The position numbers and the translations under genes were made by a program. From NCBI GenBank assembly GCA_026398515.1, contig JAPLSS010000090.1, forward strand, positions 1 through 54,531: 54,531 bases of DNA. The letters run 5' to 3'. This document shows positions 16,502 to 26,604 of the stretch, piece after piece. Under the pieces are notes generated by a model. That model had not been told where the DNA came from. It ran no database searches and was given only the letters and a program-made list of their open reading frames with translations. Within the stretch, counting starts at the first letter, position 1; the number at the start of each line of letters is the position of its first letter. This stretch comes from Candidatus Sumerlaeota bacterium (GTDB lineage: Bacteria; Sumerlaeota; Sumerlaeia; JAPLSS01).

Positions 16502-18157
16502 ATGAAGGCTATCATCATGCTGCTTGCATCGACTCTGCTGACTAAGCAAATCGCCGGCGCCCAGCAAACGGGCAGTTGGGGCGACCAGGGAAACGGCAAC
16601 TATAAGAACCCCATCCTGGAATCCAACTACCCGGACAACGACGTGATCCGGGTTGCTGATACCTTTTACATGATATCTTCCACAAATCACTTCGCGCCGG
16701 GCATGTCCATTCTCAAATCCAGGGATCTGGTGAACTGGGAGTTTTCCAATCCCATCATGCCGGCGCCGATCACGTTCGATTCAGATTTCAATTTAGGCCC
16801 CCATGACGTCATCTCCAGTCATGCTACCTGGGCGGGCTCGTTCGGCTACGATGGCGAGTCCTATTTCGCCTATTGGTGTCACAGCAAACGCGCCGCCAAA
16901 GGAGGCAGGACCTATAGAATCGTCCATGTCAAGGCCAAAAGCATGGAAGGGCCGTGGAGCGAACCCCGGGAGATCACCTGGCCTGACGGTGAATCCATCA
17001 ACAGCACCGATCCCGGTGTGATGTGGGATCGGGAAACTCACAAGGCGTATCTGGCCTGCGGCGGCGGGGAGATTTATGAGATGTCCTGGGACGGCGATTC
17101 GTTGCTGCAGAATAAGGATCAGGGAATCACTGTCACACGAACCCTTCGCGGCGAATCGGCCAAGCTCTATAAGTTCGACGGGATGTATTATCACATGAAT
17201 ACGCATGCGCATGGCAAGAATACGCGCGAACAGGTGATTAGCCGGGCGAGACAAATCGAAGGCCCGTGGGAAAGCCGCGTGGTCCTGGAAAACGGCAATG
17301 GAACGGACCGCTGCCCGTCGCAAGGCACGCTGTTGAAATTGGACGACGGCTCCTGGTGGTTCATCCATCAGCTGGCGCGGGGGAAGCCGGAAGAAAGATA
17401 CAACGGGCGTCCGCAGTTTTTGGAACCGGTCGCCTGGAAGGATGGCTGGCCATTGATCGGTGTGGACACCGACGGCAACGGCATCGGCGAAGTGGTCTGG
17501 GAACATAAGAAACCCATCGACGGCTTTCCTGTGACAGCGCCTGCAACCGATGACGACTTCAACCAACCCGAACTGGGCCTGCAATGGAACTGGCGGTTCA
17601 ATCCGAAAATGGATCGCTGGTCGTTGACCGAACGTCCGGGTTTCCTGCGCCTGAAAGCGTGTGTCTCTCTGCCGACGAACGACAAAGAGAGCATCAAGAA
17701 GCTGCCCAATCTGATTGGCCAACGGCTAGTGGGGCAGCATGGCAACGTGATGACAGCCAAGTTCGATTTCAGCGGCATGGCGAACGGGCAGGAGGGCGGA
17801 CTTCATATTTCCGCCGGGGATAACAATGTGATCGGCGTCAAGAAAGACGATGGGGGACAAATGAGATTATTCTTCAAGAGCGATGCCGGAGAAACCAAAC
17901 TCATGGCGGTCACCCAAGGAATGGCCATCCATCAATCGGACGTTTGGCTGCAGGCTAGAGTGGAAAGCGGCCTGGCAACCTTCTTCTACAGCCTGGATGG
18001 GAAGGAGTTCACGCTGCTGGGCGAAGAGGCCCGGCTTCTGTTCTCGGGCTTCACGCCGAACATGGTAGGCTTTTACACCATGAACGCAGAGGAAATGGGT
18101 TACATAGATATTGATTGGTTCCAGTACGACTACGACGGCCCAAAAGGAAAGAAATAA
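16502..18157 (+). CDS. GH43 glycoside hydrolase with C-terminal ConA-like (beta-xylosidase C-terminal type) domain, exported
   Basis: Signal MKAIIMLLASTLLTKQIAGAQQ. GH43 N-motifs NPILESNYPDNDVIRVADTFYMISS. C-domain FNQPELGLQWNWRFNPKMDRWSLTERPGFLRLKA. Confidence 0.9.
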   Translation: MKAIIMLLASTLLTKQIAGAQQTGSWGDQGNGNYKNPILESNYPDNDVIRVADTFYMISSTNHFAPGMSILKSRDLVNWEFSNPIMPAPITFDSDFNLGPHDVISSHATWAGSFGYDGESYFAYWCHSKRAAKGGRTYRIVHVKAKSMEGPWSEPREITWPDGESINSTDPGVMWDRETHKAYLACGGGEIYEMSWDGDSLLQNKDQGITVTRTLRGESAKLYKFDGMYYHMNTHAHGKNTREQVISRARQIEGPWESRVVLENGNGTDRCPSQGTLLKLDDGSWWFIHQLARGKPEERYNGRPQFLEPVAWKDGWPLIGVDTDGNGIGEVVWEHKKPIDGFPVTAPATDDDFNQPELGLQWNWRFNPKMDRWSLTERPGFLRLKACVSLPTNDKESIKKLPNLIGQRLVGQHGNVMTAKFDFSGMANGQEGGLHISAGDNNVIGVKKDDGGQMRLFFKSDAGETKLMAVTQGMAIHQSDVWLQARVESGLATFFYSLDGKEFTLLGEEARLLFSGFTPNMVGFYTMNAEEMGYIDIDWFQYDYDGPKGKK

Positions 18158-18242
18158 CCTGACTGCCGCATCCGCGCCTCGGGTTCGACGGCGGGTTGGC
18201 TGAAACAGTCGGGGTCGTTTATACACCGCGGGAGATTTGTTC

Positions 18243-20732
18243 ATGCCCAACCATATGAAGCCATTGAGTGTTTTGGCTGTCGCCGCTCTTGGCGCGGCTG
18301 GTTATACGGCGCATGCAGCCGGGCCGCTGGCTGCCGACGCCTGGGAAGAGGCGCAATGGATCGGGTTTGTCGATGACCAGCGCCCCGCCGAATTGGCGGA
18401 ACGCCCTTTCGCTCGCGGCAAGACGCCGGCCGATTTGTCGAAAGCGGTCCAGTCGGACCGTCAGCCGAAGCCCATTCTGCGCCGTTCGTTCCCGTCGCCG
18501 CTGTTGCGCAAAGCGTTCGCGGTGGAAAAGCCGGTTCGCTCCGCCCAGGTTTCGGTCTGCGGACTGGGTCTCTATGAGCTTTTTCTGAACGGGAAGAAGG
18601 TCGGGGATCGAGTGCTCGATCCGGCTCAGACCTCCTATGACAAGCGCGCCTTCTATGTGACGCATGATGTCGCCGGCCTTCTTCAGCAAGGCAGCAATGT
18701 CATCGGCTTGATGCTGGGCAACGGTTTTTACGGACAGAATATCGCCCTCAGCGGCGGCGGCCTGGCTTACGGCGAGCCGCGCGCCACGCTGCTGCTGACC
18801 ATCGAATACGAAGACGGCTTCCAGCAGACGATTGTTTCGGACAACAGTTGGAAGGCCGCGCAGGGGCCGGTGCTGTTCGACAATATCTATTCCGGCGAGA
18901 CGTTCGACGCCCGGCGCGAACGGGCGGACTGGAGCAGCCCTGGCTTCGACGATTCCGATTGGAAACCGGTCGTCCAAATGACCGCGCCAACCGCCAACCT
19001 GATGGAACAGCCGTTGGAACCGATGCGGAAAATCCGCTCCATCAAGCCGGTCGCGGCGCTGCCCGCGAAAGATGGGGAATGGATTTTGGACATGGGGCAG
19101 AACATGACCGGTTGGTTGAACATCCGCGTGCACGAAGACAGCGACCGGCAGATCCGTATGCGCTTCGCCGAGCTGCTGATGCCGGACGGCAACGAGATCG
19201 ACACCGCTTCAACCGGCGTTCATGTGACCGGCGGCGACCAAACCGATATCTATGTGTGCAAAGGCGGAGTGGAAGAGTGGGAGCCGCGCTTCACCTATCA
19301 CGGCTTCCGCTATGTGCAGATCAGCGGCTTGAGCAAGAAGCCGGAACTCAGCGATTTCACCGGATGGCTGGTGCGCACCGATGTGGAGCGCATCGGGACC
19401 TTTGAGTGTTCGGATGCGTTGATCAACAAATTCTATAACGTCTCCCTGTGGACGATCGAAGACAACCTGCAGGGCATTCTGACCGATTGCCCGCACCGTG
19501 AGCGTTGCGCCTGGATGGGGGACAACGAAGCGGTGGGCGAGGCCGCTTCGTATAATTTCGATCTGCGGCGGTTCTGGCCAAAAATCTCAGCGGACATGGA
19601 GACCGTGCTTGGGGCCGGTCCGCCCCGGAAAGAGAGCGGGCTGCCGCGCGACCCGCGCGCGCCGTGCAATATCGCGGTCGGCAAGCGGCTCTGCAATCAG
19701 GCGCGTCCGGATTGGGGCGCGGCGACGGTGCTGGTCCCGTGGTTCGACTGGCTCTATTACGGTGATTTGGAAACCGTGAAGACCGCTTGGCCGATGATGC
19801 AGGGGTGGATGGCCTTTCTGGAAGAATTCGCTGTGAAAGATGGCATCATCACCGAGGGCTACGGCGACTGGTGTCCGCCAGGATCGAATTCGGAAATGGA
19901 CACGCCGGTGGCCCTGACCTCCACCGCGCTCTACTACCAGTCGCTCGAAGCGATGGTCCGAATGGCGACGGCCTTGGGCAAGCTCGCCGAGGCCGACCGA
20001 TATGCCGCGCTGGCCGTCACGGTCAAACAAGCCTTTATCAAACGCTTCTATGATTCGACGAAACATGATTTCGGCTCGCAAACCGGGACTGCGATGGCGT
20101 TGCATCTTGGTTTGGTTCCCGCCGGCGAAGAGCCGCAGGTGGCCGCCGGCCTCGCTGCGCTGATCATGGAAAGAGCCGGCGGACATTACACCACGGGCAT
20201 TTTCGGGCATCGCCCGCTCTACACCGTGTTGAACGATTATGGCTATGGCGATGTCACCCGCCATCTCTGGAGCATCACCGATTGGCCGAGCCTGGGTTTC
20301 ATGACCGAGAAACACGGGCTGACCACCTGGCCGGAGGTCCCCTATGACTGGCCGGCCGGCGAACGCTACCGCCGCAACTCGTTCAATCACCCCATGCACA
20401 GCGGCTTTGCCGCCGTCTTCCACGAAAGCCTCGGCGGCATCCGTCCCGATCCGGCCAATCCTGGATTCAGGCGCTTCTTCCTGAAGCCTTGTTTTCTTCC
20501 GGGCCTGGAATGGGCGAAGGCCGAACACCGCTCTCCCTACGGGTTGATTTCCAGCCACTGGAAACGCGACGGCGGCTCCATTGCCTGGGAGGTCTCGGCG
20601 CCGCCCGGCAGCGCCGCCCTCGTTCAACTGCCGCAGGTCGCGGCGGGGAAGATCCTGCTGGGCGGCGAGCCGGTTCAGAGCAATGAATTTGAACTGCCGC
20701 CGGGGGCATGGAGCATCCGCATTGACCCATGA
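18243..20732 (+). CDS. GH78 alpha-L-rhamnosidase, exported
   Basis: GLGLYELFLNGKKVGDRVLDPAQTSYDKRAFY, TDCPHRERCAWMGD. The ORF track starts at a TTG (18237); the ATG at 18243 lies 7 nt after GGGAGA. Confidence 0.9.
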   Translation: MPNHMKPLSVLAVAALGAAGYTAHAAGPLAADAWEEAQWIGFVDDQRPAELAERPFARGKTPADLSKAVQSDRQPKPILRRSFPSPLLRKAFAVEKPVRSAQVSVCGLGLYELFLNGKKVGDRVLDPAQTSYDKRAFYVTHDVAGLLQQGSNVIGLMLGNGFYGQNIALSGGGLAYGEPRATLLLTIEYEDGFQQTIVSDNSWKAAQGPVLFDNIYSGETFDARRERADWSSPGFDDSDWKPVVQMTAPTANLMEQPLEPMRKIRSIKPVAALPAKDGEWILDMGQNMTGWLNIRVHEDSDRQIRMRFAELLMPDGNEIDTASTGVHVTGGDQTDIYVCKGGVEEWEPRFTYHGFRYVQISGLSKKPELSDFTGWLVRTDVERIGTFECSDALINKFYNVSLWTIEDNLQGILTDCPHRERCAWMGDNEAVGEAASYNFDLRRFWPKISADMETVLGAGPPRKESGLPRDPRAPCNIAVGKRLCNQARPDWGAATVLVPWFDWLYYGDLETVKTAWPMMQGWMAFLEEFAVKDGIITEGYGDWCPPGSNSEMDTPVALTSTALYYQSLEAMVRMATALGKLAEADRYAALAVTVKQAFIKRFYDSTKHDFGSQTGTAMALHLGLVPAGEEPQVAAGLAALIMERAGGHYTTGIFGHRPLYTVLNDYGYGDVTRHLWSITDWPSLGFMTEKHGLTTWPEVPYDWPAGERYRRNSFNHPMHSGFAAVFHESLGGIRPDPANPGFRRFFLKPCFLPGLEWAKAEHRSPYGLISSHWKRDGGSIAWEVSAPPGSAALVQLPQVAAGKILLGGEPVQSNEFELPPGAWSIRIDP

Positions 20733-20913
20733 TTCCTTGAATCTGCAGTCTTCCGGGATGGATAACGTGGATGATAGAGCAGGGCGACCAGGAGACCGTC
20801 TTTGGCAGACCACGCTTGATCGGCGAGCCCGTGACATTGGCAGGTGGCGGTGTCCGACCGCAAAAGCAAGACATACAACCGGTATATCATCTGTGCGATA
20901 AGGAAACTGGCCG

Positions 20914-23900
20914 ATGTATTACACCATGAAGAACCTTCTATCTATTTGCTTATCCATGCTGTGTCTTGGACTCATCGCATCTGCTGCGTCCACAGATTCT
21001 CTGGAAGCCGGCTTCGGGAATCCCCCGGAGTCGGCGAAGCCGTGGGTTTACTGGTTCTGGATCAACGGCAACGTCAGCAAGGAAGGGATCACCGCCGATC
21101 TGGAAGCGTTGAAATACGCCGGAGTCGGCGGGGTGATTTGGATGGAGGTCGGCGGCGGTCAATGGGCGCCGGATGGGAACGTGACACCGCTTAGTTCGCA
21201 ATGGCATGACTGTATGCAGTGGGCCGTGCGGGAATGCGCCAGACTCGGCATGGAGTTCGATATTTCTGTTGATTTCGGCTACGGCAGCGGCGGGCCGCAC
21301 ATCACGCCGGAACTCTCGATGCAGAAGTTGGTGTGGAGCGAGAAGATCATCGAAGGCGGCAGGACGCTCAGCGTGACGTTGGACAAGCCAGGAGTGAGTT
21401 CGAAAGCGCTGCCAAGAAGCAAAGCCAAAGTCAGTGAGGCGGTGCTCGATCAGATAGAAAGGTCAGACTTCTATAAAGACGTTGCCGTGATTGCAGTCCC
21501 GTTGCCGGAGTCGCCGGAAGCGCAGGCCTACCGGATTGCTGACTTGCAGATGAAGAACGGGTTGAGCGGCAGTCTGCATCGCGGGCGCGAATCCGCCCAG
21601 GAGCCGCCCGTCGATGCCGTGACGCCGAACGAACAGGTGTTTGATCTCACCGGGAAGATGGATCGGGATGGCCATCTGACTTGGGGGCCGCCGCCGGGTC
21701 GTTGGCTGGTCATCCGCTTCGGGCACGTCTCCAATCTCAAGATGACGCGCCCATGTCCGCCGATGGCCGTGGGACTGGAATGCGACCGGCTCGCCCCGGC
21801 CGGCATTGAGACGCACTACGACGCCTTCCTGAAGAAGATCTTCGCCGAGGCCGGCGCGGAAGCCGGCAAGACGCTGGATTATGTTCACATCGACAGTTGG
21901 GAGGCCGGTGGACAGAACTGGACCGAGACATTCCCGGCCGAGTTTCTCAAGCGGCGTGGGTACGATCTGCGCCCATGGTTGCCAGTCATGACGGGCCGCG
22001 TGGTCGGCAGCGCCGAGCTCGCCGAGCGCTTCCTCTGGGACGTCCGCGCGACGGTGGGCGAGATGATCCGCGACAACTACGCCAACCGGCTGCGCGAGCT
22101 GGCGCGGCAGCACGGCATCCAACTGTCGATCGAAGCCTATGGAAGGCTGTGCATCGACGACCTTTCCTATGCCGGCATTGGCGACATGCCCATGAGCGAG
22201 TTCTGGGCGATGGGCAACAGCGCATTCCCCGCGCCCGGCAATTGGGAGATTTCGACCAAGGCAATGGCGTCGGCCGCGCACACGTACGGCAAACCCGTGG
22301 TCGGCGCCGAGTCCTTCACCTCCGGACGTGGATGGCGGGACCACCCCTTCCTGCTGAAAGGCATGGGAGATCGGGCGTTCTGCCGCGGCGTCAACCGGAT
22401 GGTCTTCCATTGTTCCGCGCATCAGCCGTACGAGAACATGGTCCCTGGTTTGACGCATCGAAGATGGGGCGAGCATTTCCAACGGTTCAACACCTGGTGG
22501 GATTACAGTCGGGTATGGACGGACTACCTGTCGCGCTGTCAGTATCTCTTGCAGCAGGGAGAATTCGTCGCCGATGTCTGCTACTGGTTTGGCGAGGGCG
22601 CCCCTTTGAGTGTGAATGATATGAAGGCGAGCATCCCGGCCGGATACGACTACGACCTCTGCTCCTCGGAGCTGGTGCTGCAGATGAGAGTTCGCGACGG
22701 CCGTCTCGTGCTGCCATCGAGGATGAACTATCGCTATCTCCTCCTGCCGGAAACCGACCGTATGACATTGCCGCTGGCGCGCAAGATCCGTGAACTGATC
22801 GATGACGGCGCGCGCGTGATCGGCGGAACACCACCGATAGGCTCGCCCAGCCTGGCGGACTATCCTCGGGGCGACGAGGAGATTGAGGAAACCGTTGCCG
22901 AATTGTGGGGCTCCAACCGGGTGATCTCCGGCGCCGACCTGGGAGAGATCTTTCGCCGTGACGGGCTGAAGCCGGATTTCGAGGGTGCGGGTCTGTCATA
23001 CATTCACCGCCGGATCGGCGAGTCGGATGTCTATTTCGTATCTTACCAGCAGAATCAGACACAAGACATCTCCTGCGCCTTTCGGGTCACTGGAAAAGCT
23101 CCCGAGCTGTGGGATCCGGAGACCGGCGCCATTCGGGACTTGCCCGAGTTCACTGAGAAAGAGGGGCGGATCACGGCGTCGCTTCATTTCGATCCTATGC
23201 AGAGCTGGTTTGTCATATTCCGAAAACCGTCGGCGGGTGTGGACCCCATCGTTCGGGTGACGCGCGATGGACAACCACTCCAGACCGGTGTCGAGCAGGC
23301 CAGGATTGAAGTGAAGCAAGCACGCTATGGGGTTCTAGATGATCCGAAGCGCACCCGCGATGTGCGCGCCAAGGTGCAGGCGCAGGTAGATGCGGGCGTC
23401 ACCCGTTTCAACGTCTCCGAACTGGCCAAGGGGGATGATCCGGCCAGGGGCGTTGTAAAAACGCTGGTGATCGACTACACCGTTGGCGGCAAGGCATTCA
23501 CGGTGACCAGCCGGGACCGGGAAACCGTCACTCTCAATGTGCCAAGCGTCGAAGTGGCCCCTGCGGTGGATCTGAACCGCGGTGACATCCTGCAAAGCGG
23601 CGCCTACAGTTTTCAGACCGCCAGCGGGCGGCAGTGGCAACAGGCCGTGTCGTTGCCTGCTCCGCAGGAAATCCCCGGCCCGTGGGAAATGCGCTTTGAC
23701 CCGAAGTGGGGTGGGCCCGCGACACCTGTGACGCTCGAAGCGCTCGAAGATTGGAGCAAGCGCCCCGAACCCGGCATCCGCTACTACAGCGGCACGGCCA
23801 AGTACCGCACCGCCTTCCCCCTCAACTCTCAACCCTCAACCCGTAACCGTCTCCACCTCGACCTGGGCCAGGTGGAAGTGATGGCGCGCGTGATTCTCAA

Positions 23901-24231
23901 CGGAAAAGACTGCGGCATCGCCTGGAAGCCTCCCTACGTGGTGGATATCACCGGCGCGGTCCACGCGAAAGACAACGAACTGGAGATCGATGTGGTGAAC
24001 CTTTGGATCAACCGGATGATCGGCGACGAGAATCTGCCGGAGGACTGCAACTGGCTGAATTCCGAAACGCTGGCCGAATGGCCCGACTGGTTCAAGGCCG
24101 GGACCCCCCGTCCGTCCGAACGTTATACGTTTACGACCTGCAAACACTACGACAAAGATTCGCCGCTTGTCTCTTCCGGTCTTCTCGGCCCGGTCACGCT
24201 GCGAACGGCGGAGATCATTCCGGCCAAGTAG
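20914..24231 (+). CDS. GH106-like alpha-L-rhamnosidase family protein (1105 aa), exported
   Basis: Signal peptide, then FGNPPESAKPWVYWFWINGNVSKEGITADLEALKYAGVGG. C-terminal jelly-roll HLDLGQVEVMARVILNGKDCGIAWKPPY...VVNLWINRMIGD. Size and motifs match my recollection of GH106; needs dbCAN confirmation. Confidence 0.7.
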   Translation: MYYTMKNLLSICLSMLCLGLIASAASTDSLEAGFGNPPESAKPWVYWFWINGNVSKEGITADLEALKYAGVGGVIWMEVGGGQWAPDGNVTPLSSQWHDCMQWAVRECARLGMEFDISVDFGYGSGGPHITPELSMQKLVWSEKIIEGGRTLSVTLDKPGVSSKALPRSKAKVSEAVLDQIERSDFYKDVAVIAVPLPESPEAQAYRIADLQMKNGLSGSLHRGRESAQEPPVDAVTPNEQVFDLTGKMDRDGHLTWGPPPGRWLVIRFGHVSNLKMTRPCPPMAVGLECDRLAPAGIETHYDAFLKKIFAEAGAEAGKTLDYVHIDSWEAGGQNWTETFPAEFLKRRGYDLRPWLPVMTGRVVGSAELAERFLWDVRATVGEMIRDNYANRLRELARQHGIQLSIEAYGRLCIDDLSYAGIGDMPMSEFWAMGNSAFPAPGNWEISTKAMASAAHTYGKPVVGAESFTSGRGWRDHPFLLKGMGDRAFCRGVNRMVFHCSAHQPYENMVPGLTHRRWGEHFQRFNTWWDYSRVWTDYLSRCQYLLQQGEFVADVCYWFGEGAPLSVNDMKASIPAGYDYDLCSSELVLQMRVRDGRLVLPSRMNYRYLLLPETDRMTLPLARKIRELIDDGARVIGGTPPIGSPSLADYPRGDEEIEETVAELWGSNRVISGADLGEIFRRDGLKPDFEGAGLSYIHRRIGESDVYFVSYQQNQTQDISCAFRVTGKAPELWDPETGAIRDLPEFTEKEGRITASLHFDPMQSWFVIFRKPSAGVDPIVRVTRDGQPLQTGVEQARIEVKQARYGVLDDPKRTRDVRAKVQAQVDAGVTRFNVSELAKGDDPARGVVKTLVIDYTVGGKAFTVTSRDRETVTLNVPSVEVAPAVDLNRGDILQSGAYSFQTASGRQWQQAVSLPAPQEIPGPWEMRFDPKWGGPATPVTLEALEDWSKRPEPGIRYYSGTAKYRTAFPLNSQPSTRNRLHLDLGQVEVMARVILNGKDCGIAWKPPYVVDITGAVHAKDNELEIDVVNLWINRMIGDENLPEDCNWLNSETLAEWPDWFKAGTPRPSERYTFTTCKHYDKDSPLVSSGLLGPVTLRTAEIIPAK

Positions 24232-24281
24232 GGCCTTTCTTGTGACAGGAACCACAATGAGACTGGTGAAGGAAACACACC

Positions 24282-24500
24282 ATGAACAGAATTAACCTCA
24301 TTCTCGCCTCGCTGTGCCTGCTCGGTCGCTCCGCCGTCGCCGCCTTGCGTGCCCTGCTGGCGGAACTGCCGAAACTCCTGCGAACGGGCGGCTTCTACGG
24401 CCAGCCCGTTTGTTCGCCCACGCGCGCCGGGTTCTTCACCGGCCGCAATCTGGAGCGATGGGGATCCCTTAATAATCCACAACTTGGCAACCAACCGTAA
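24282..24500 (+). pseudogene. Remnant of a sulfatase 5' end (signal peptide plus C-S-P-T-R block, internally deleted and truncated)
   Basis: 72-aa ORF MNRINLILASLCLLGRSAVAA...GGFYGQPVCSPTRAGFFTGRN. It lacks the PNIV..DD metal-binding segment and everything after the TGR block. The DNA around CAGCCCGTTTG(T/C)TCGCCC resembles the sulfatase at 26605. Confidence 0.6.
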
Positions 24501-24513
24501 GAGGGAAAGCTGT

Positions 24514-26460
24514 ATGTTTGTGAATGTCTTGAGCAAGATTCCTTTGCATTTCCTTCTGGCTTCCAGCGCACTTGCCGTCGACGGAAACCCTCCGCTTATC
24601 TCCGCGAAACCCCTTCGCGACTGGATCCCGGCGGCTTATGCCTATGCCGTCGTGAAGCCGGTCGATTTGTCCGATGCCAGAATCACCGGCGGTTATCTGG
24701 GGGCTTACGTTGACCGAACCCGCGACATCAGTGTGCTGGATCTCTTCGCCAAAATGAAGGAGCGCGGCGTCTTTGATAATTTTAAGTTCGTCACAGAGGG
24801 ATTGCCGGATAAGCATGTCGGCGGATTTAATGAGGACGAATGGGTTCATAAACTGGTGGAAGCCGCCGGATACTTTGCGCCTCATAGCAGGGAGATTGAC
24901 GATGCATTTCAGCCCTTGATTCACAATATTCTGGCCTCGCAGGCGAAGGATGGTTATCTCCAGTCGTATTATCAGAATCCGGCTTAGCTGAAAAAGAACG
25001 GACCAGATGTTCGCTTCCGCAAAGGAGGGAGGCATGAATTCTACGTTTTCGGGCATCTGGCGCAAGCGGGTATGGCCTGGAAGCGTTCTACCGGGGACGA
25101 TCGACTTTTTCAGGCTTCGCTTCGGTTCGCCGATCTGCTATGCGATCTCTTCGGATCGAAGCCGTTGCCCTACGACTACCAGTCCAAGCGGCCCGACCGG
25201 AAATACGAGCATCCGAACCACGAAATGGCGATGGTGGAACTCTATCGGATGACGGGGAATCGGCGGTATCTGGACTTCGCAGCCCATACCCTGGACTGTT
25301 ATAAATTCTGGTCGTTCCCCGAAGTCTGGGGGCATTGCGTGCAGGAGAATCTCCTGCTTTGCGGGGGCGCGGACGTTTATCTGGAGATTGGAAAGTCGGA
25401 GATGCTCCAGCATCTCCACGCCATGTGGACGGATATCACGGAGCGCAAGGCGTATTTGACGGGCGGGGTGGGCGATGGCTCGCCTTTCGAAAGTTACGGC
25501 GCTGCCTATTCGCTGCCCAATGAGAAGAACTATTGCGAGACCTGCGCCGCCATTTCCAAAGTGTTTTTTGATGAGCGGATGCTGCTGGCGACGGGCAAGG
25601 CCAAATACGCCGACGATATGGAGCGGACATTCTATAATGCGGCGCTATCGGGTGTCAGCCTCAAGGGGACAGAATATTTCTATGAAAATCCAATGGAGAT
25701 CAATATTGGAGGTAAAGACCAGGGCAAACACGGCCGGAGAAACGAGCGAAAACCATACTTTAACTGCTCCTGCTGCGCGCCCAATCTCCTTCGTCTCCTT
25801 GGCTCGCTTCAGCAATACCTGTTCACGGCAAGCCCGGACGGCGTGCAGGCGCAGCTCTACGGATGCGCCGAGCTCAAGACCCGCTTGGATTCTGGCGCAA
25901 TGGCGCATTTGCGCGAGACCACCGACTATCCCCTCAGCGGGTCGGTTCAATTTGAGATTCTCGCCGATGGGAAATATGACCTTTCCTTGCGCATCCCCCA
26001 GTGGACGGAAGGCACAAAGGTTGGCATTGCCATCAACGGAAAGCCTGGACCCAATGCCAAGGCAGGCGGATATGCCAAGATCAGCAAGGTTTGGAAAGCG
26101 GGCGACAAGGTGATTCTGGAGTTCGATATGAAGCCTCGTCTCATTACGGGTCGCGAATGGGTCGGCGGTGAAAAGGGAAAGCTGGCGCTCATGCGTGGGC
26201 CGCTGGTCTATTGCCTGGAAAGCCCAGACAACGAACAAATTGATATCTTCAATCTCAGGCTTACCTCAAATTGCACTTTCACAGAGGAGCCAACCAAGGA
26301 CCTTGGCGGAGCCGTTCGCCTAAACGGTCAAGCATGGGATGAGGCCAGGAAGAACGCCGTGCAAGTTTCGGCCATTCCCTATCATCTCTGGGCCAATCGA
26401 GGCGCTTCTTCGATGCGTATCTGGGTTCCCGCCCGCGAGCAAACTCTAACGGGGGAATAG
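24514..26460 (+). pseudogene. GH127 (DUF1680, beta-L-arabinofuranosidase family) interrupted by one in-frame TAG (24985-24987)
   Basis: ORFs 24349-24987 and 25072-26460 share a frame. The read-through text is ...YYQNPA*LKKNGPDVRFRKGGRHEFYVFGHLAQAG. Family motifs lie on the downstream side: HEFYVFGHL, HPNHEMAMVELYRMTGNRRYLDFA, ETCAAI, FNCSCCAPN. Combined length is 648 codons, typical of the family. GAGGGA lies upstream of the ATG at 24514. Confidence 0.8.
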
Positions 26461-26604
26461 CCCCTATCAAACTGAACCCCACAACAACACCGGAAAGAAT
26501 ATGAAGACACGAACCCTCATTCTCTCCTCGTCAAACCGGCTGTGTTGCGGTGGAAACGGGCTCGGTTATTTTCCATTTCACTATCCGAAAGAGAGAACGA
26601 TGAT

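Noticed and set aside
14573-24987. Genome-wide reassignment of TAG (amber) to a sense codon, or pyrrolysine coding, as the explanation for the two in-frame TAGs.
   Set aside because: TAG terminates several genes here at family-typical C-termini (2462, 11252, 12506, 24229, 26458, 50107). No pyl genes are visible. The third interrupted gene uses TGA. Local nonsense mutation, base-call error or occasional suppression is more parsimonious.
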